A DNA stretch of 42,089 bases from Synechococcaceae bacterium WB8_1B_136 (lineage in GTDB: Bacteria; Cyanobacteriota; Cyanobacteriia; PCC-6307; Cyanobiaceae), in NCBI GenBank assembly GCA_010029175.1, contig RGNC01000001.1, forward strand, positions 1 to 42,089. Reading direction: 5' to 3'. The notes beneath the pieces were generated by a model, which saw only the letters and a program-made list of their open reading frames with translations, ran no database searches and was not told the origin of the DNA. This document shows, in pieces, positions 28,759 to 38,707 of the stretch (positions are counted from its first letter, which is position 1; each line of letters opens with the position of its first letter). The position numbers and the translations under genes are program-made.

Positions 28759-31416
28759 TCAGGGCACCAGGTTCACCAGTTTCCCGGGCACCACGATCAC
28801 GCGGCTGGGGGCTTTGCCCTCCAACCACTTGGCGGCGATGTCGCTGGCCAGGGCCAGCTGTTCAAGGGTGGCCTTGTCGGCGTCGGCCGGCACCTCCAGG
28901 CTGCCGCGCACCTTGCCCTTGATCTGAATCACCAGGGGCACCGTGCTGCGCACCAGGGCTGCGGCATCGGCGCTCGGCCAGCGCTGGGCATGGATGCTGC
29001 TGGAGGCCAAGGGGTCGGTGGCGGCACGGCCCCCCAGCTTCAGCCACAGCTCTTCCGCCAGGTGGGGCGCGAAGGGTGCCAGCAGGATCAGCAGCGTGCG
29101 CAGGGCCTCACAGGCGAAGGTCGGCCGGCTGCCCTGCAGGTGGCTGGCCATGGCGTTGCTGAGTTTCATCAGCTCCGACACGGCGGTGTTGAACTGGTAG
29201 TCGCCCTCCAGGTCGTCGCTGATGGCTGCAATGGCGGTGTGGACGGCGCGGCGCAGCTCCAGCTCATCGCTGCTCAGTTCCCCGCCAGCGCCAATGTCCT
29301 CCAGGGCCAAGGCCACGGCGGCCGGGCCACCGGCACCATCCTTCAGGCTGAGGCCCTGGTCAGCGGCGGTGTCCACCAGGCGCCAGAGGCGTTGCAGGAA
29401 ACGGAACTGACCCTCCACATCGGCGTCATCCCACTCCAGATCCTTCTCGGGCGGTGCCTTGAACAGGATGAACATCCGGGCCGTGTCGGCGCCGTATCTG
29501 TCGATCACCACGGCCGGATCCACGCCGTTGTATTTCGACTTGGACATCTTCTCGTAGAACGTGTCCAGGGCATCGCCGCTGATGGGGTCGCGGGGATCAG
29601 CGGCATCGGCGATGTCGGCCGGCGCGATGTATTTGCCGCTGTTGGGGTTCTTGTAGGTGATGCCCTGCACCATGCCCTGGGTGAGCAGCCGCTGGAAGGG
29701 TTCATCGAACCCCAGCAGGCCCCGATCCCGCAGCACCTTCGTGAAGAAGCGCGAGTAGAGCAGGTGCAGGATGGCGTGCTCGATGCCGCCCACGTATTGA
29801 TCCACCGGCAGCCAGGAATCCACCGCCTCGCGGCTGAAGGGCAGATCCGTGTTGTGGGGGTCGCTGTAGCGCAGAAAATACCAACTGGAACACATGAACG
29901 TGTCCATGGTGTCGGTCTCGCGGCGGGCGGGCTTGCCGCAGCAGGGGCAGTCAACCCGCCACCAACTCTCGAGCTGGGCCAGGGGTGAGCCGCCCTTGCC
30001 AGTGAAGGCCACATCGCGGGGCAGCTCCACCGGCAACTGATCCACTGGCACCGGCACCACCCCGCAGCTGTCGCAGTGGATCACGGGAATCGGACACCCC
30101 CAGTAGCGCTGGCGGGAGATCAGCCAGTCGCGCAGGCGATAGGTGATCCGGGCCCGGCCCCAGCCCTCCTGTTCCGCCGCCGCCGTGATGGCCGCCTTGG
30201 CTTCACCACTGGGGAGGCCATCGAAGCGCCCGGAATCGATCAGCACCCCCGGTTCGGTCCAGGCGCCGCTCTCCAGGGCCTGGGCCGCCTCCCCTTCAGG
30301 ACGGATCACCTGCCGCACCGGCAGGGCGTACTGGCGGGCAAACTCCCAGTCGCGCTGGTCGTGGGCGGGAACCCCCATCACCGCACCGGTGCCGTAGTCC
30401 GCCAGCACGTAATCGGCGATCCACAGCGGAATCAGCTCGCCGCTGGCGGGATTGCGCACCTGCGCGCCGATCGGCACACCCCGCTTGGGCTTGTCGTCTG
30501 CCGTGCGCTCCTGCTCACTCTGGCGGCTCACCAGCTCGCAGAAGGCCTCCACCTGCTGGGCCTGCGCCGCCGTGGTGAGCTGGGCCACCAGGGGATGTTC
30601 GGGGGCGAGCACCACATAGCTGGCGCCGAAGATCGTGTCGGGCCGGGTGGTGAACACGGTGATCCTCTCGCCACTGGCTTGGCCGCTCCCATCCACCACC
30701 GCAAACTCCAGCTCTGCTCCGGTGCTGCGGCCGATCCAGTTGGCCTGCATCGTGCGCACCCGCTCCGGCCAACCCTCCAGCTTGGGCAGATCGTCGAGCA
30801 GCTGGTCGGCGTAGGCGGTGATCTTCAGAAACCACTGGCGCAGCTTGCGCTTCTCCACCAGGGCACCGGAACGCCAGGAGCGGCCCTCGCTGTCCACCTG
30901 TTCGTTGGCCAGCACCGTCTGGTCCACCGGGTCCCAGTTCACCGTGGCGTCCTTCTGGTAGGCCAGGCCCGCCTCCAGAAACTGAAGAAACAGCCACTGG
31001 GTCCAGCGGTAGTAATCGCCATGGCACGTGGCCACCTCCCGGTCCCAGTCGATCGAGAGGCCCAACTGGTTGAGCTGCTCCCGCATCGAGGCGATGTTCT
31101 GGTCGGTCCAGGCGGCGGGATCCACGCCCCGCTCGATCGCCGCGTTCTCCGCCGGCAGGCCGAAGGCATCCCAACCCATGGGGTGGAGCACCTTTCGGCC
31201 CCGCAGCCGCTGCACCCGCGCCACCACATCGGTGATCACGTAGTTGCGCACATGGCCCATGTGCAGATTCCCGGAGGGGTACGGGAACATCGAAAGGGCA
31301 TAGAAGGCCTCGTCGCCGGCTGCCAGCTCCGACGTGCCGTGCAGGCCCTCGGCTTGCCACCGCTGCTGCCAGCGGCCCTCGATCGCCTGGGGTTGGTAGC
31401 GCTTGATCTCGCTCAC
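28759..31416 (-). CDS. leuS: Leucine--tRNA ligase
   Basis: [49 protein letters not shown]. Confidence 0.98.
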   Translation of the reverse strand: MSEIKRYQPQAIEGRWQQRWQAEGLHGTSELAAGDEAFYALSMFPYPSGNLHMGHVRNYVITDVVARVQRLRGRKVLHPMGWDAFGLPAENAAIERGVDPAAWTDQNIASMREQLNQLGLSIDWDREVATCHGDYYRWTQWLFLQFLEAGLAYQKDATVNWDPVDQTVLANEQVDSEGRSWRSGALVEKRKLRQWFLKITAYADQLLDDLPKLEGWPERVRTMQANWIGRSTGAELEFAVVDGSGQASGERITVFTTRPDTIFGASYVVLAPEHPLVAQLTTAAQAQQVEAFCELVSRQSEQERTADDKPKRGVPIGAQVRNPASGELIPLWIADYVLADYGTGAVMGVPAHDQRDWEFARQYALPVRQVIRPEGEAAQALESGAWTEPGVLIDSGRFDGLPSGEAKAAITAAAEQEGWGRARITYRLRDWLISRQRYWGCPIPVIHCDSCGVVPVPVDQLPVELPRDVAFTGKGGSPLAQLESWWRVDCPCCGKPARRETDTMDTFMCSSWYFLRYSDPHNTDLPFSREAVDSWLPVDQYVGGIEHAILHLLYSRFFTKVLRDRGLLGFDEPFQRLLTQGMVQGITYKNPNSGKYIAPADIADAADPRDPISGDALDTFYEKMSKSKYNGVDPAVVIDRYGADTARMFILFKAPPEKDLEWDDADVEGQFRFLQRLWRLVDTAADQGLSLKDGAGGPAAVALALEDIGAGGELSSDELELRRAVHTAIAAISDDLEGDYQFNTAVSELMKLSNAMASHLQGSRPTFACEALRTLLILLAPFAPHLAEELWLKLGGRAATDPLASSSIHAQRWPSADAAALVRSTVPLVIQIKGKVRGSLEVPADADKATLEQLALASDIAAKWLEGKAPSRVIVVPGKLVNLVP

Positions 31417-31472
31417 TGGCTGCCTGGGATCCGTGACCGTGATGGTCCCACAGCTGCGATGGAGCCCGGCCC

Positions 31473-31712
31473 TCAGCCCAGCACGCGGATCACGGCGATG
31501 GCCTGGCGGTTCAACAGCATCACCTCGCCGCCTGGCTCGCTGATCAGGCCCAGATACTCGTTGTCGACCCAGCGCACCACACCACTGAGGCTGCTGCCTT
31601 CCAGCATCAGCACGCTGAGGGTGGCCCGGCTGCGAATCCAGGCCTGGATCTGGCGAACCCCGGGTTGGGAGGTGTCGAGATCGTTGGGACGCTGCTCATA
31701 GGAGCTCCCCAT
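31473..31712 (-). CDS. hfq: Cyanobacterial Hfq-like Sm protein
   Basis: [10 protein letters not shown]...LSGVVRWVD...[10 protein letters not shown] resembles cyanobacterial Hfq; divergent from dapF, the arrangement I recall for cyanobacteria. Confidence 0.82.
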   Translation of the reverse strand: MGSSYEQRPNDLDTSQPGVRQIQAWIRSRATLSVLMLEGSSLSGVVRWVDNEYLGLISEPGGEVMLLNRQAIAVIRVLG

Positions 31713-31756
31713 AGGATCAACCTCAACCTCAGGCCTGTCCGGTCAGGCTGCCGCGC

Positions 31757-32818
31757 GTGCTCCAGTTCAGCAAGTATCAGGGTCTCGGCAACGACTTTCT
31801 GCTGTTGGATGGCCGGGATGCCAGCGACCCCGAGGCTGCCTTCGGGCTGACGCCGGAACGGGTGGCCCAGTTGTGCGACCGCCGCTTCGGGGTGGGCGGC
31901 GATGGCGTGATCCTGGCCCTGCCCCCCAACGCCGGCGGCGAGCTGCGCATGCGCATCTTCAATGCCGATGGCACCGAGCCGGAGATGTGCGGCAACGGCA
32001 TCCGCTGCCTGGCCCGCTTCCTGGCGGATCGCGATGGCGATGGTCCAGGCCGCACCTGGCAGATCGACACCCTGGCGGGGCGGATCGTGCCCGAGCTGCT
32101 GCCCGATGGCACCATCCGCGTGGACATGGGCGCCCCCTTCCTGGCAGCGGAGCAGGTGCCCACCACCCTGGAGCTGGGGCCCAACGGTCTGCCCCAGGGG
32201 GAGCTGGTGGTGGATGGCGAAACCTTTGCCGTGGCCGCCGCAGGCATGGGGAACCCCCACGTGGTGATTCCGGTGGATGCGGTGGAGGAGATCGATCTGG
32301 AGCGCTTCGGCGCCGGCTTCGAGCGGCACCCTGCGTTCCCGGCCAGAACCAACGTGCACTTCGTGGAGGTGCTGGCACCGGATCATCTGGTGATGCGGGT
32401 CTGGGAGCGGGGTGCAGGGCCCACCCTGGCCTGCGGCACCGGCGCCTGCGCCACGCTGGTGGCCTGCCACCGCCTGGGGCTGTGTGAGCGTCGCGCCCGG
32501 CTCGACCTTCCCGGTGGTCCGCTGCAGATCCACTGGGATGCCGCCAGCGGCAAGGTGTTCATGGATGGCCCGGCGGAACTGGTGTTCGACGGGGTGATCC
32601 CCGATGCCGAGGTGGTGCGGGCAGCCCGGCACCAGAGCGCGCATCAGGCTGAGGCGGTGGACGTCCGTCCGGACAACTGCCCCAGTGCGGAGGCGCGCCA
32701 GCGGGCCATGGCCCTGCTGAGTTCCAGTTCCCTGGACGACCTGGTGGCCATCGCCACCAATTCGCTCGAGTCGCGGACCCGCGCCCGCTTTGAGCGCGAC
32801 ACCAACATGGCTGGCTGA
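31757..32818 (+). CDS. dapF: Diaminopimelate epimerase with C-terminal extension
   Basis: FSKYQGLGNDF, EPEMCGNG, GMGNPH, RVWERGAGPTLACGTG. Confidence 0.96.
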   Translation: MLQFSKYQGLGNDFLLLDGRDASDPEAAFGLTPERVAQLCDRRFGVGGDGVILALPPNAGGELRMRIFNADGTEPEMCGNGIRCLARFLADRDGDGPGRTWQIDTLAGRIVPELLPDGTIRVDMGAPFLAAEQVPTTLELGPNGLPQGELVVDGETFAVAAAGMGNPHVVIPVDAVEEIDLERFGAGFERHPAFPARTNVHFVEVLAPDHLVMRVWERGAGPTLACGTGACATLVACHRLGLCERRARLDLPGGPLQIHWDAASGKVFMDGPAELVFDGVIPDAEVVRAARHQSAHQAEAVDVRPDNCPSAEARQRAMALLSSSSLDDLVAIATNSLESRTRARFERDTNMAG

Positions 32819-32822
32819 CGCC

Positions 32823-34034
32823 ATGACCTATACGGCCCCCGTCTATCTCGATTCCTGCGCCACCACACCACCGGCGCCGGAGGTGCTTGAGGCCATGGCG
32901 GCGGTGCATGCCGAAGCCTGGGCCAATCCCTCCAGCCTGCATGGCTTCGGCCTGGCGGCGGCCGAGCGCCTGGAGCGCTCGCGAGAGCGGGTGGGTGAAA
33001 TCCTCGGTTGCCAGGGCAGCCAGGTGCTGTTCACCTCAGGGGGCACCGAATCCATCCACACCGCCCTGTTGGGGGCGGCCGCCGATGGTCCACCAGGTCG
33101 CCTGCTGATCTCAGCGGTGGAACATCCAGCCACCGTGGCGGCTGCCAGCCAGCTGCAGATGGCCGGCTGGCAGGTGGAACGGCTGCCGGTGGATCACCAC
33201 GGTGTGGTGGATCTGGAGGCTCTGGATCGCCTGTTAGCACCCCCCACGCGACTGGTGTCGCTGATCTGGGGGCAGAGCGAGGTGGGCACCATTCAGCCGA
33301 TCGAGTTGATCGGAGCCCGCTGCCGCGCCGCGGGGGTGGTGCTGCATGTGGATGCCGTGCAGGTGGTTGGGCACCTGCCGGTTGATTTCAACGCGCTGCC
33401 GGTGGACCTGCTCAGCTTTGCCTCCCACAAGCTGCAGGGTCCGCGGGGGGTCGGTGCCCTGCTGATCCGCCCTGACTTGCAGCTGAAGCCCTTTCTGGGT
33501 GGGGGCGGCCAGGAAGGTGGCCGGCGGGGGGGCACGGAGCCTGTGGCCCTGGTGGCCGGGTTCGCCCGGGCCCTCGACCTCTGCGCGGCGCGGTTGCAGG
33601 CCCATGGCGGCCGCGATCCGATCGCCGACCTGCGGGATGACCTCCTTGGCCAGTTGCTGCAGCTGCAGGGGGTTCGCCTCAGTGGACCCGATCCCCGCGA
33701 TCCCGCCGCCCCGGCGCGCCTGCCCCACCACATCAGCCTGCTGATGGCCAGTGCCGGTGGGCGGCCCATCTCCGGCCGCCGGCTGGTGCAGACCATCTGG
33801 CAACAGGGCTATGCGGTGAGCAGTGGCTCGGCCTGCAGCAGTGGCCGGGGCGCCAATCCCTGGGGGCTGGCCCCCAGCCCGATCCTGCAGGCCATGGGCT
33901 ACCCCGACGATCAGGCCGCCAGCGGCCTGCGCCTCAGCCTCGGCCCCTGGTTGACACCTGCGCAGCTCGCGGGTGTGCCTGGGGCCGTGGAGCGCGGCCG
34001 TCTGCGGGTGCTGGCCGGCGAACCCGTGGGCTGA
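32823..34034 (+). CDS. Cysteine desulfurase family (IscS/NifS-like) PLP enzyme
   Basis: YLDSCATT, NPSSLH, FTSGGTES, HVDAVQ, FASHKLQGP, SSGSAC. Confidence 0.92.
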   Translation: MTYTAPVYLDSCATTPPAPEVLEAMAAVHAEAWANPSSLHGFGLAAAERLERSRERVGEILGCQGSQVLFTSGGTESIHTALLGAAADGPPGRLLISAVEHPATVAAASQLQMAGWQVERLPVDHHGVVDLEALDRLLAPPTRLVSLIWGQSEVGTIQPIELIGARCRAAGVVLHVDAVQVVGHLPVDFNALPVDLLSFASHKLQGPRGVGALLIRPDLQLKPFLGGGGQEGGRRGGTEPVALVAGFARALDLCAARLQAHGGRDPIADLRDDLLGQLLQLQGVRLSGPDPRDPAAPARLPHHISLLMASAGGRPISGRRLVQTIWQQGYAVSSGSACSSGRGANPWGLAPSPILQAMGYPDDQAASGLRLSLGPWLTPAQLAGVPGAVERGRLRVLAGEPVG

Positions 34035-34082
34035 AATCGCCTGGCGTTGAACGCCTAGGGTCCCTCGAACCGTGCCACGTCG

Positions 34083-34775
34083 ATGCTCCCCGCCGATCTG
34101 CGAACCGCTGAAACCGAGGCCCTGGAGGCCGTGCGGGCTGCCTTGACAGCCCAGGCCAAGGGCCTGTGGACGGTGGAATTCCGCTTCGAGGGCCTGCGGA
34201 TCATGCCAGTGGCTCTGCGGCTGCTGGCGGGCCTCGCCCCCCACCATCCGGGGGTGCGGCTGCTGTTCGCCGATGCCGGTGCCACGGCCCTGGCCAAGCG
34301 CGATGCCCCCGACCAGGCCCAGCAGCTCGCCAGCCTGCGGGATGTGATGCGCTTGCAGCAGGCCGACGGCGGCAGCGAGGGGGTGCTGATCCTGGTGGCG
34401 CCCTCCCCGGCCGACTACGAGGAGGTGGAGCAGGTGTGCGCACAGCACCGCGGCGCGGTGCTGCTGCTGAACGGCAAGCTGGAGGATGCGGCCGTGGGGA
34501 TCGGCACCGTGGCCCGCGAGCGGCGCAAGGGGTTTCTCTCCGGCTGGCAGAGCGCCTATGCCCTGCTTCCCACGGAAGCTGGAGCCCTTCGCCGCGCCTA
34601 TCCAGGCGAGTGGGAGCTCTACCGCCGCGATGCCGATGGCTATCGGCTCGCTGCCTGCTTTGCCCAGAAACCCGATCCCGAGCAACAGGCCACCGCGATC
34701 GAGGGCGATGGCGCCGCTGGGGTGGGCCGCAGCCTGCAGGCCGTGGATCGGTTCATCGAGGGCCTGCGCAGCTGA
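34083..34775 (+). CDS. DUF1995-family protein
   Basis: FADAGATALAKRD, NGKLEDAAVGIG, GALRRAYPGEW. Confidence 0.82.
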   Translation: MLPADLRTAETEALEAVRAALTAQAKGLWTVEFRFEGLRIMPVALRLLAGLAPHHPGVRLLFADAGATALAKRDAPDQAQQLASLRDVMRLQQADGGSEGVLILVAPSPADYEEVEQVCAQHRGAVLLLNGKLEDAAVGIGTVARERRKGFLSGWQSAYALLPTEAGALRRAYPGEWELYRRDADGYRLAACFAQKPDPEQQATAIEGDGAAGVGRSLQAVDRFIEGLRS

Positions 34776-34843
34776 ATGCTGCAGCCCACGGCCCTTGATC
34801 CACCAGGGGGAGCTCCGTACAGTTCGGTGTCTGCTGATGCCCC

Positions 34844-35359
34844 ATGGCCCCAACCCCCCGTCGCTTCGGTGTTGTCGATGCCGGTGCTGCGCTGGCGGTC
34901 GCCCTCGCTGCCGCCGGGGTGATCTGGAGCCCGAAGCTCTCCGGCGCTGTGGCCAGGGCCACCGGTGCGATGCGTCCGGTCACCGTGCTGGTGGACGTGC
35001 GTGGCATTCCCGCCGCGGATCCTGCAGCCCTGATGGCCGAGGCCCAGCGGGACGGCAAGGTGTCGATCGTGATCCGCAACCAGCCCCACGGCAGCGTGAA
35101 GGTGCAGCGGGTGGAACCACTGCCCCGCCGCATCTCGGCCTTCCTCCCCACCGGTCAGCTGGTCACGGCTCCCGACCCGAACCAGCAGGTGTTCAGCACC
35201 CTCGATGCCCGCTTCGTGTTGCAGGGCGAGGGCCGCAAGGGCAGTGATGGCGTGGTGTTCGGCAACCAGAACCTCAAGATCGGCGCCCCGATCGAACTGG
35301 AGGGCCCCAATTTCCGCGTGATGGGTTCGGTCACCGGCCTCAAACTGGGGGACTCCTGA
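34844..35359 (+). CDS. DUF4330-family membrane-anchored protein
   Basis: N-terminal TM, IVIRNQPHG, GNQNLKIGAPIELEG. Confidence 0.78.
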   Translation: MAPTPRRFGVVDAGAALAVALAAAGVIWSPKLSGAVARATGAMRPVTVLVDVRGIPAADPAALMAEAQRDGKVSIVIRNQPHGSVKVQRVEPLPRRISAFLPTGQLVTAPDPNQQVFSTLDARFVLQGEGRKGSDGVVFGNQNLKIGAPIELEGPNFRVMGSVTGLKLGDS

Positions 35360-35360
35360 G

Positions 35361-36644
35361 ATGACCTCCCGCTGCCGGTCCCCGCTGGCGGGGCTGGGAC
35401 TGCTGGGCGCCCTGCTGCTGCCCCTGCAGGCCCAGGCCCTGCCCCTGCAGTGGCCTCAGATCACGGCCAGCTCCCAGCCCGTCGCGCCGCCGCCCCCGGC
35501 GCAGCCCCAGCTGCAGGGGCAGGTGACCTGCCCGGCCCTGCAGCAACGCATCAATGCCATCGTGGCTGCGGAGTCTCCGGTGTGGAGCATCAGCGTTGTG
35601 GACGGCCGGGGGCGGCTGTTGGCCGACATCAATGGCCAGCGCCCCCGCATCCCGGCATCCAATCAGAAGCTGATCAGCACCGCGATTGCCCTGGATCGCC
35701 TGGGGCCGGACTACCGCCTCACAACTCGCCTCTGGCGTCAACCCGATGGCAGCCTGCGCCTCACCGGCGAGGGAGACCCCGATCTGGATCTCGCCCAGCT
35801 GAGACGTTTTGCCCAGTTGGCCATGGGCTCCGGCGGTGGCCCCGGCGAGAGCACGGGCAACCTGCGCATTCAGTTGGTGGAGGAGCCGCAACAGCGCTGG
35901 TGGCCCGAGGGCTGGCACTGGGCGGATCGGGCCGAGGTCTATGGGGCTCCGATCACCCGCCTGGCCCTCACCAGCAATGCCCTGGACATGGCGGTGAGCA
36001 ATCCGCCCGGACGGCTGCAGCGGTTGCTCAGCCAGGAGATCCGGCGCCAGGGCGGGGCCGCTGCGATCACCCTGGTGCCGGCCACGGCCGCTGCCAGCTC
36101 CGATGGGGTGCTGCTCCACGAGGAGCGATCCGCGCCGATGCAGGGGCTGCTGAGCTTGGCCAACACCGACAGCCACAACTTCACGGCTGAGGTGCTGCTG
36201 CGTCAGGGGACGGGGAGCTGGGATCTGGTCCAGGCCCGCCAGAGCGCCATGCAGTGGCTGAACAGCCAGGGCCTGCCCACCGTGGGCGTGGCCGTGATGG
36301 ATGGCAGTGGACTGGACCGCGCCAACCGGGTCACTAGCCAGCTGCTGGCGGCCCTGTTGTGGCGCATGGCCCAGCACCCCTATGGCGCCCAGTACGCCGG
36401 GTCGATGGCCATCGCCGGCCAGCGGGGAACCCTCCGCAATCTGTTCCGTGGCACCACCCTGGAGGGACGCTTCCGCGGCAAAACCGGCACCATCACAGGT
36501 GTTCGCGCCATCAGCGGCATTCTCGACGGCCCCGACGGGCCGCTCTACATCAGCATGGTGTCCAATGGTGCCAGTGCACCGAACGGCACGATCGGAGCGA
36601 TCCTGCGCCAGAGCCAACAGCCCGGCCTCTGCCCGGCGGCTTGA
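35361..36644 (+). CDS. dacB: D-alanyl-D-alanine carboxypeptidase/endopeptidase (PBP4, peptidase S13)
   Basis: Signal peptide; PASNQK (SxxK), GEGDP, SHN (SxN), DGSGL, KTGT. Confidence 0.92.
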   Translation: MTSRCRSPLAGLGLLGALLLPLQAQALPLQWPQITASSQPVAPPPPAQPQLQGQVTCPALQQRINAIVAAESPVWSISVVDGRGRLLADINGQRPRIPASNQKLISTAIALDRLGPDYRLTTRLWRQPDGSLRLTGEGDPDLDLAQLRRFAQLAMGSGGGPGESTGNLRIQLVEEPQQRWWPEGWHWADRAEVYGAPITRLALTSNALDMAVSNPPGRLQRLLSQEIRRQGGAAAITLVPATAAASSDGVLLHEERSAPMQGLLSLANTDSHNFTAEVLLRQGTGSWDLVQARQSAMQWLNSQGLPTVGVAVMDGSGLDRANRVTSQLLAALLWRMAQHPYGAQYAGSMAIAGQRGTLRNLFRGTTLEGRFRGKTGTITGVRAISGILDGPDGPLYISMVSNGASAPNGTIGAILRQSQQPGLCPAA

Positions 36645-36668
36645 GGGGGGCGGGCTGTTGGCTGAGCC

Positions 36669-37610
36669 TCAGCCCCTCCGTCCGCCGGCCTGCCGCAGCC
36701 GCTCGGCGGCCCGCCGGGCACGGCTGATGGGCACGGCGTTCTCCGGCTCTTGGCTCGGCTGCACCAGGCTGCTCGGATCCACTGCCTGCAGCCTGCCGAG
36801 CTCGCGGCGACCGGCCACCACCACCTTGCCCAGTTCCTGCAGGCGCCCCTCCAGTTCGCCGAGCACCTGTTCGGCGTAGCGGTTGGCCCCCTCCTGGATC
36901 GTGGCCGACTCCTGGCGGGAGCGGCTGATCAACGCCTCACACTGCTGCTGCGTCTGCTGGCGGAACTGCAGCGCATCGGCATGAATGCGCTCGGCCTCGG
37001 CCTGGCTGCTCTGCTGCAGCCGCAGGGCCTCCTGGCGGATCTGCTCCAGCTCGGCCAGGCTCTGCTGACGCGACTGCTCATGCTGCTCAGCCAGTTGGCG
37101 CTTGCGCTCCACGGCCTCCTGATCAAGTTGCTGGCGCCGTTGCAGGGCCTCCTGCTCCAGCTGCTGACGCCGCTGGCCGAACTGCTGTTCCATCTGGGCC
37201 AGGCGGGTCTGATGGTCCTGCTCGGCCTTGGCCACCTGCTGGCGAGCCTGGCTCAGCATCTGCTCGCACTGCTGGCGGGCCTGATCCCGCAATTCCCCGA
37301 CCTGGCGCTCGGCCTCCTGGCGAATCGCCTGGGCATTGATCAGCTGCTCCCGCTGCTGGCGCGCCTGCTGGAGGATCTCCTCGGCTTGCTTGCGGGCCTG
37401 ACCAATGAACTCGTCGCGCTGCTGCACGAGCTCCTCGGCCTTGGCCAGCTGGGGCGGCAGGGCATCCCGCACCGCGTCCATGGCCTCGATGGCGTCCTGC
37501 TCATTCACCAGCCGGCCCCCGCTGAAGGGCACGCGCGTGCCATCCAGCACGATCTCTTCAAGCTGATCGAGTTGATCGAGCACGGAGGTGAGCTGCGCCT
37601 CGGTCATCAC
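36669..37610 (-). CDS. cdv3: Coiled-coil DivIVA-like cell-division protein (Cdv3-like)
   Basis: [19 protein letters not shown]-terminus, long Q/E/R/A coiled coil, [10 protein letters not shown]; coupled to coaD (GTGA overlap). Confidence 0.7.
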   Translation of the reverse strand: MMTEAQLTSVLDQLDQLEEIVLDGTRVPFSGGRLVNEQDAIEAMDAVRDALPPQLAKAEELVQQRDEFIGQARKQAEEILQQARQQREQLINAQAIRQEAERQVGELRDQARQQCEQMLSQARQQVAKAEQDHQTRLAQMEQQFGQRRQQLEQEALQRRQQLDQEAVERKRQLAEQHEQSRQQSLAELEQIRQEALRLQQSSQAEAERIHADALQFRQQTQQQCEALISRSRQESATIQEGANRYAEQVLGELEGRLQELGKVVVAGRRELGRLQAVDPSSLVQPSQEPENAVPISRARRAAERLRQAGGRRG

Positions 37611-38101
37611 GCCTGGTGTGGGGACATCTGATTAAAGAGCGTGGCGAGGTCCTGCGCCACTCCGGGCGGCACCATGTGCGCCACGGGACCTCCAAACCGG
37701 GCCACCTCCTTCACCACCGAACTGCTCAGAAAGCTGTGGGCCGTTGCCGTGGCCATGAACAGGGTTTCCAGCTGAGGCGCCAGGCTCTTGTTGGTGTGGG
37801 CGATCTGCAACTCAAATTCGAAATCACTGAGGGCCCTCAGGCCCCGCAGGATCACGCCGGCCCCGCAGCTCTGGGCGAACTCCACGGTGAGCCCGTCAAA
37901 ACTGGCCACGGCCACCTGCGGCAGATGCGCGGTGGCGGCGCGGATCTGCTCCAACCGCTGCCCCACGGTGAAGCAGGGGTTCTTGCTGGGGTTCTGCAGC
38001 ACCGCCACCACCAGCCCATCGAACAACTGCGCGGCCCGCTCGATCAGGTCGAGATGGCCCAGGGTGAGGGGATCAAAGCTGCCGGGGTAGAGCGCCTTCA
38101 T
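37607..38101 (-). CDS. coaD: Phosphopantetheine adenylyltransferase
   Basis: [35 protein letters not shown]. Confidence 0.97.
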   Translation of the reverse strand: MKALYPGSFDPLTLGHLDLIERAAQLFDGLVVAVLQNPSKNPCFTVGQRLEQIRAATAHLPQVAVASFDGLTVEFAQSCGAGVILRGLRALSDFEFELQIAHTNKSLAPQLETLFMATATAHSFLSSSVVKEVARFGGPVAHMVPPGVAQDLATLFNQMSPHQA

Positions 38102-38104
38102 GGC

Positions 38105-38120
38105 GGCGATCCTATGGAGC
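38105..38120 (-). promoter_or_regulatory. GCTCCATAGGATCGCC motif; TAGGAT lies 7 nt before the coaD ATG (leaderless-type spacing)
   Basis: Identical 16-mer at 12091-12106. Confidence 0.5.
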
Positions 38121-38182
38121 CATGCCCTGCGGCCGGCCCCAGCTCCTGGTTTCTAGAGTTGAGGGACGACAACACCGGTTCC

Positions 38183-38677
38183 ATGGCCCCGAACGCCAGC
38201 CTCAACGCCGAAGCGAAGAAAACCCTGCTGCGCAAGATCCCCCACGGTGTGTTCATCTGTGGCGTGGCGGAGGGCGAGGAGGTGAATGGTTTCACCGCCA
38301 GCTGGGTGACCCAGGGCTCCTTCGAGCCGCCGCTGGTGGTAATGGCGGTGCGGGCCGACAGCACCAGCAACGGCATCATCCAGTGCACCGGACGGTTTTC
38401 CCTGAATGTGCTTGCCGCCGATCAGAAGGACCTGGCCGCCGTGTTCTTCAAGCCCCAGAAGGCGGTTGGTGGCCGCTTCGATGCCGCTCCCTTCCAACTC
38501 GGTGAATTGGGCCTGCCGATCCTCAACGACGCCCTCGGCGCGGTGGAGTGTGAGCTGGTGGGTCAGGTGGCCCATGGCGACCACACCGTGTTTGTGGGCG
38601 AAGTGAAGACCGCCACCCTGCACCGCGATGGTGCGGCCCTGGAGCTGAGCAGCACCGGCTGGCAGTACGGCGGCTGA
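38183..38677 (+). CDS. Flavin reductase-like (FMN-binding split barrel) protein
   Basis: NGFTASWVTQGSFEPPLV, FSLNVL, GDHTVFVGEV, YGG end. Confidence 0.9.
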   Translation: MAPNASLNAEAKKTLLRKIPHGVFICGVAEGEEVNGFTASWVTQGSFEPPLVVMAVRADSTSNGIIQCTGRFSLNVLAADQKDLAAVFFKPQKAVGGRFDAAPFQLGELGLPILNDALGAVECELVGQVAHGDHTVFVGEVKTATLHRDGAALELSSTGWQYGG

Positions 38678-38707
38678 TCCCGCCAGCGCCAGAGCGCCGC
38701 TGACCCC

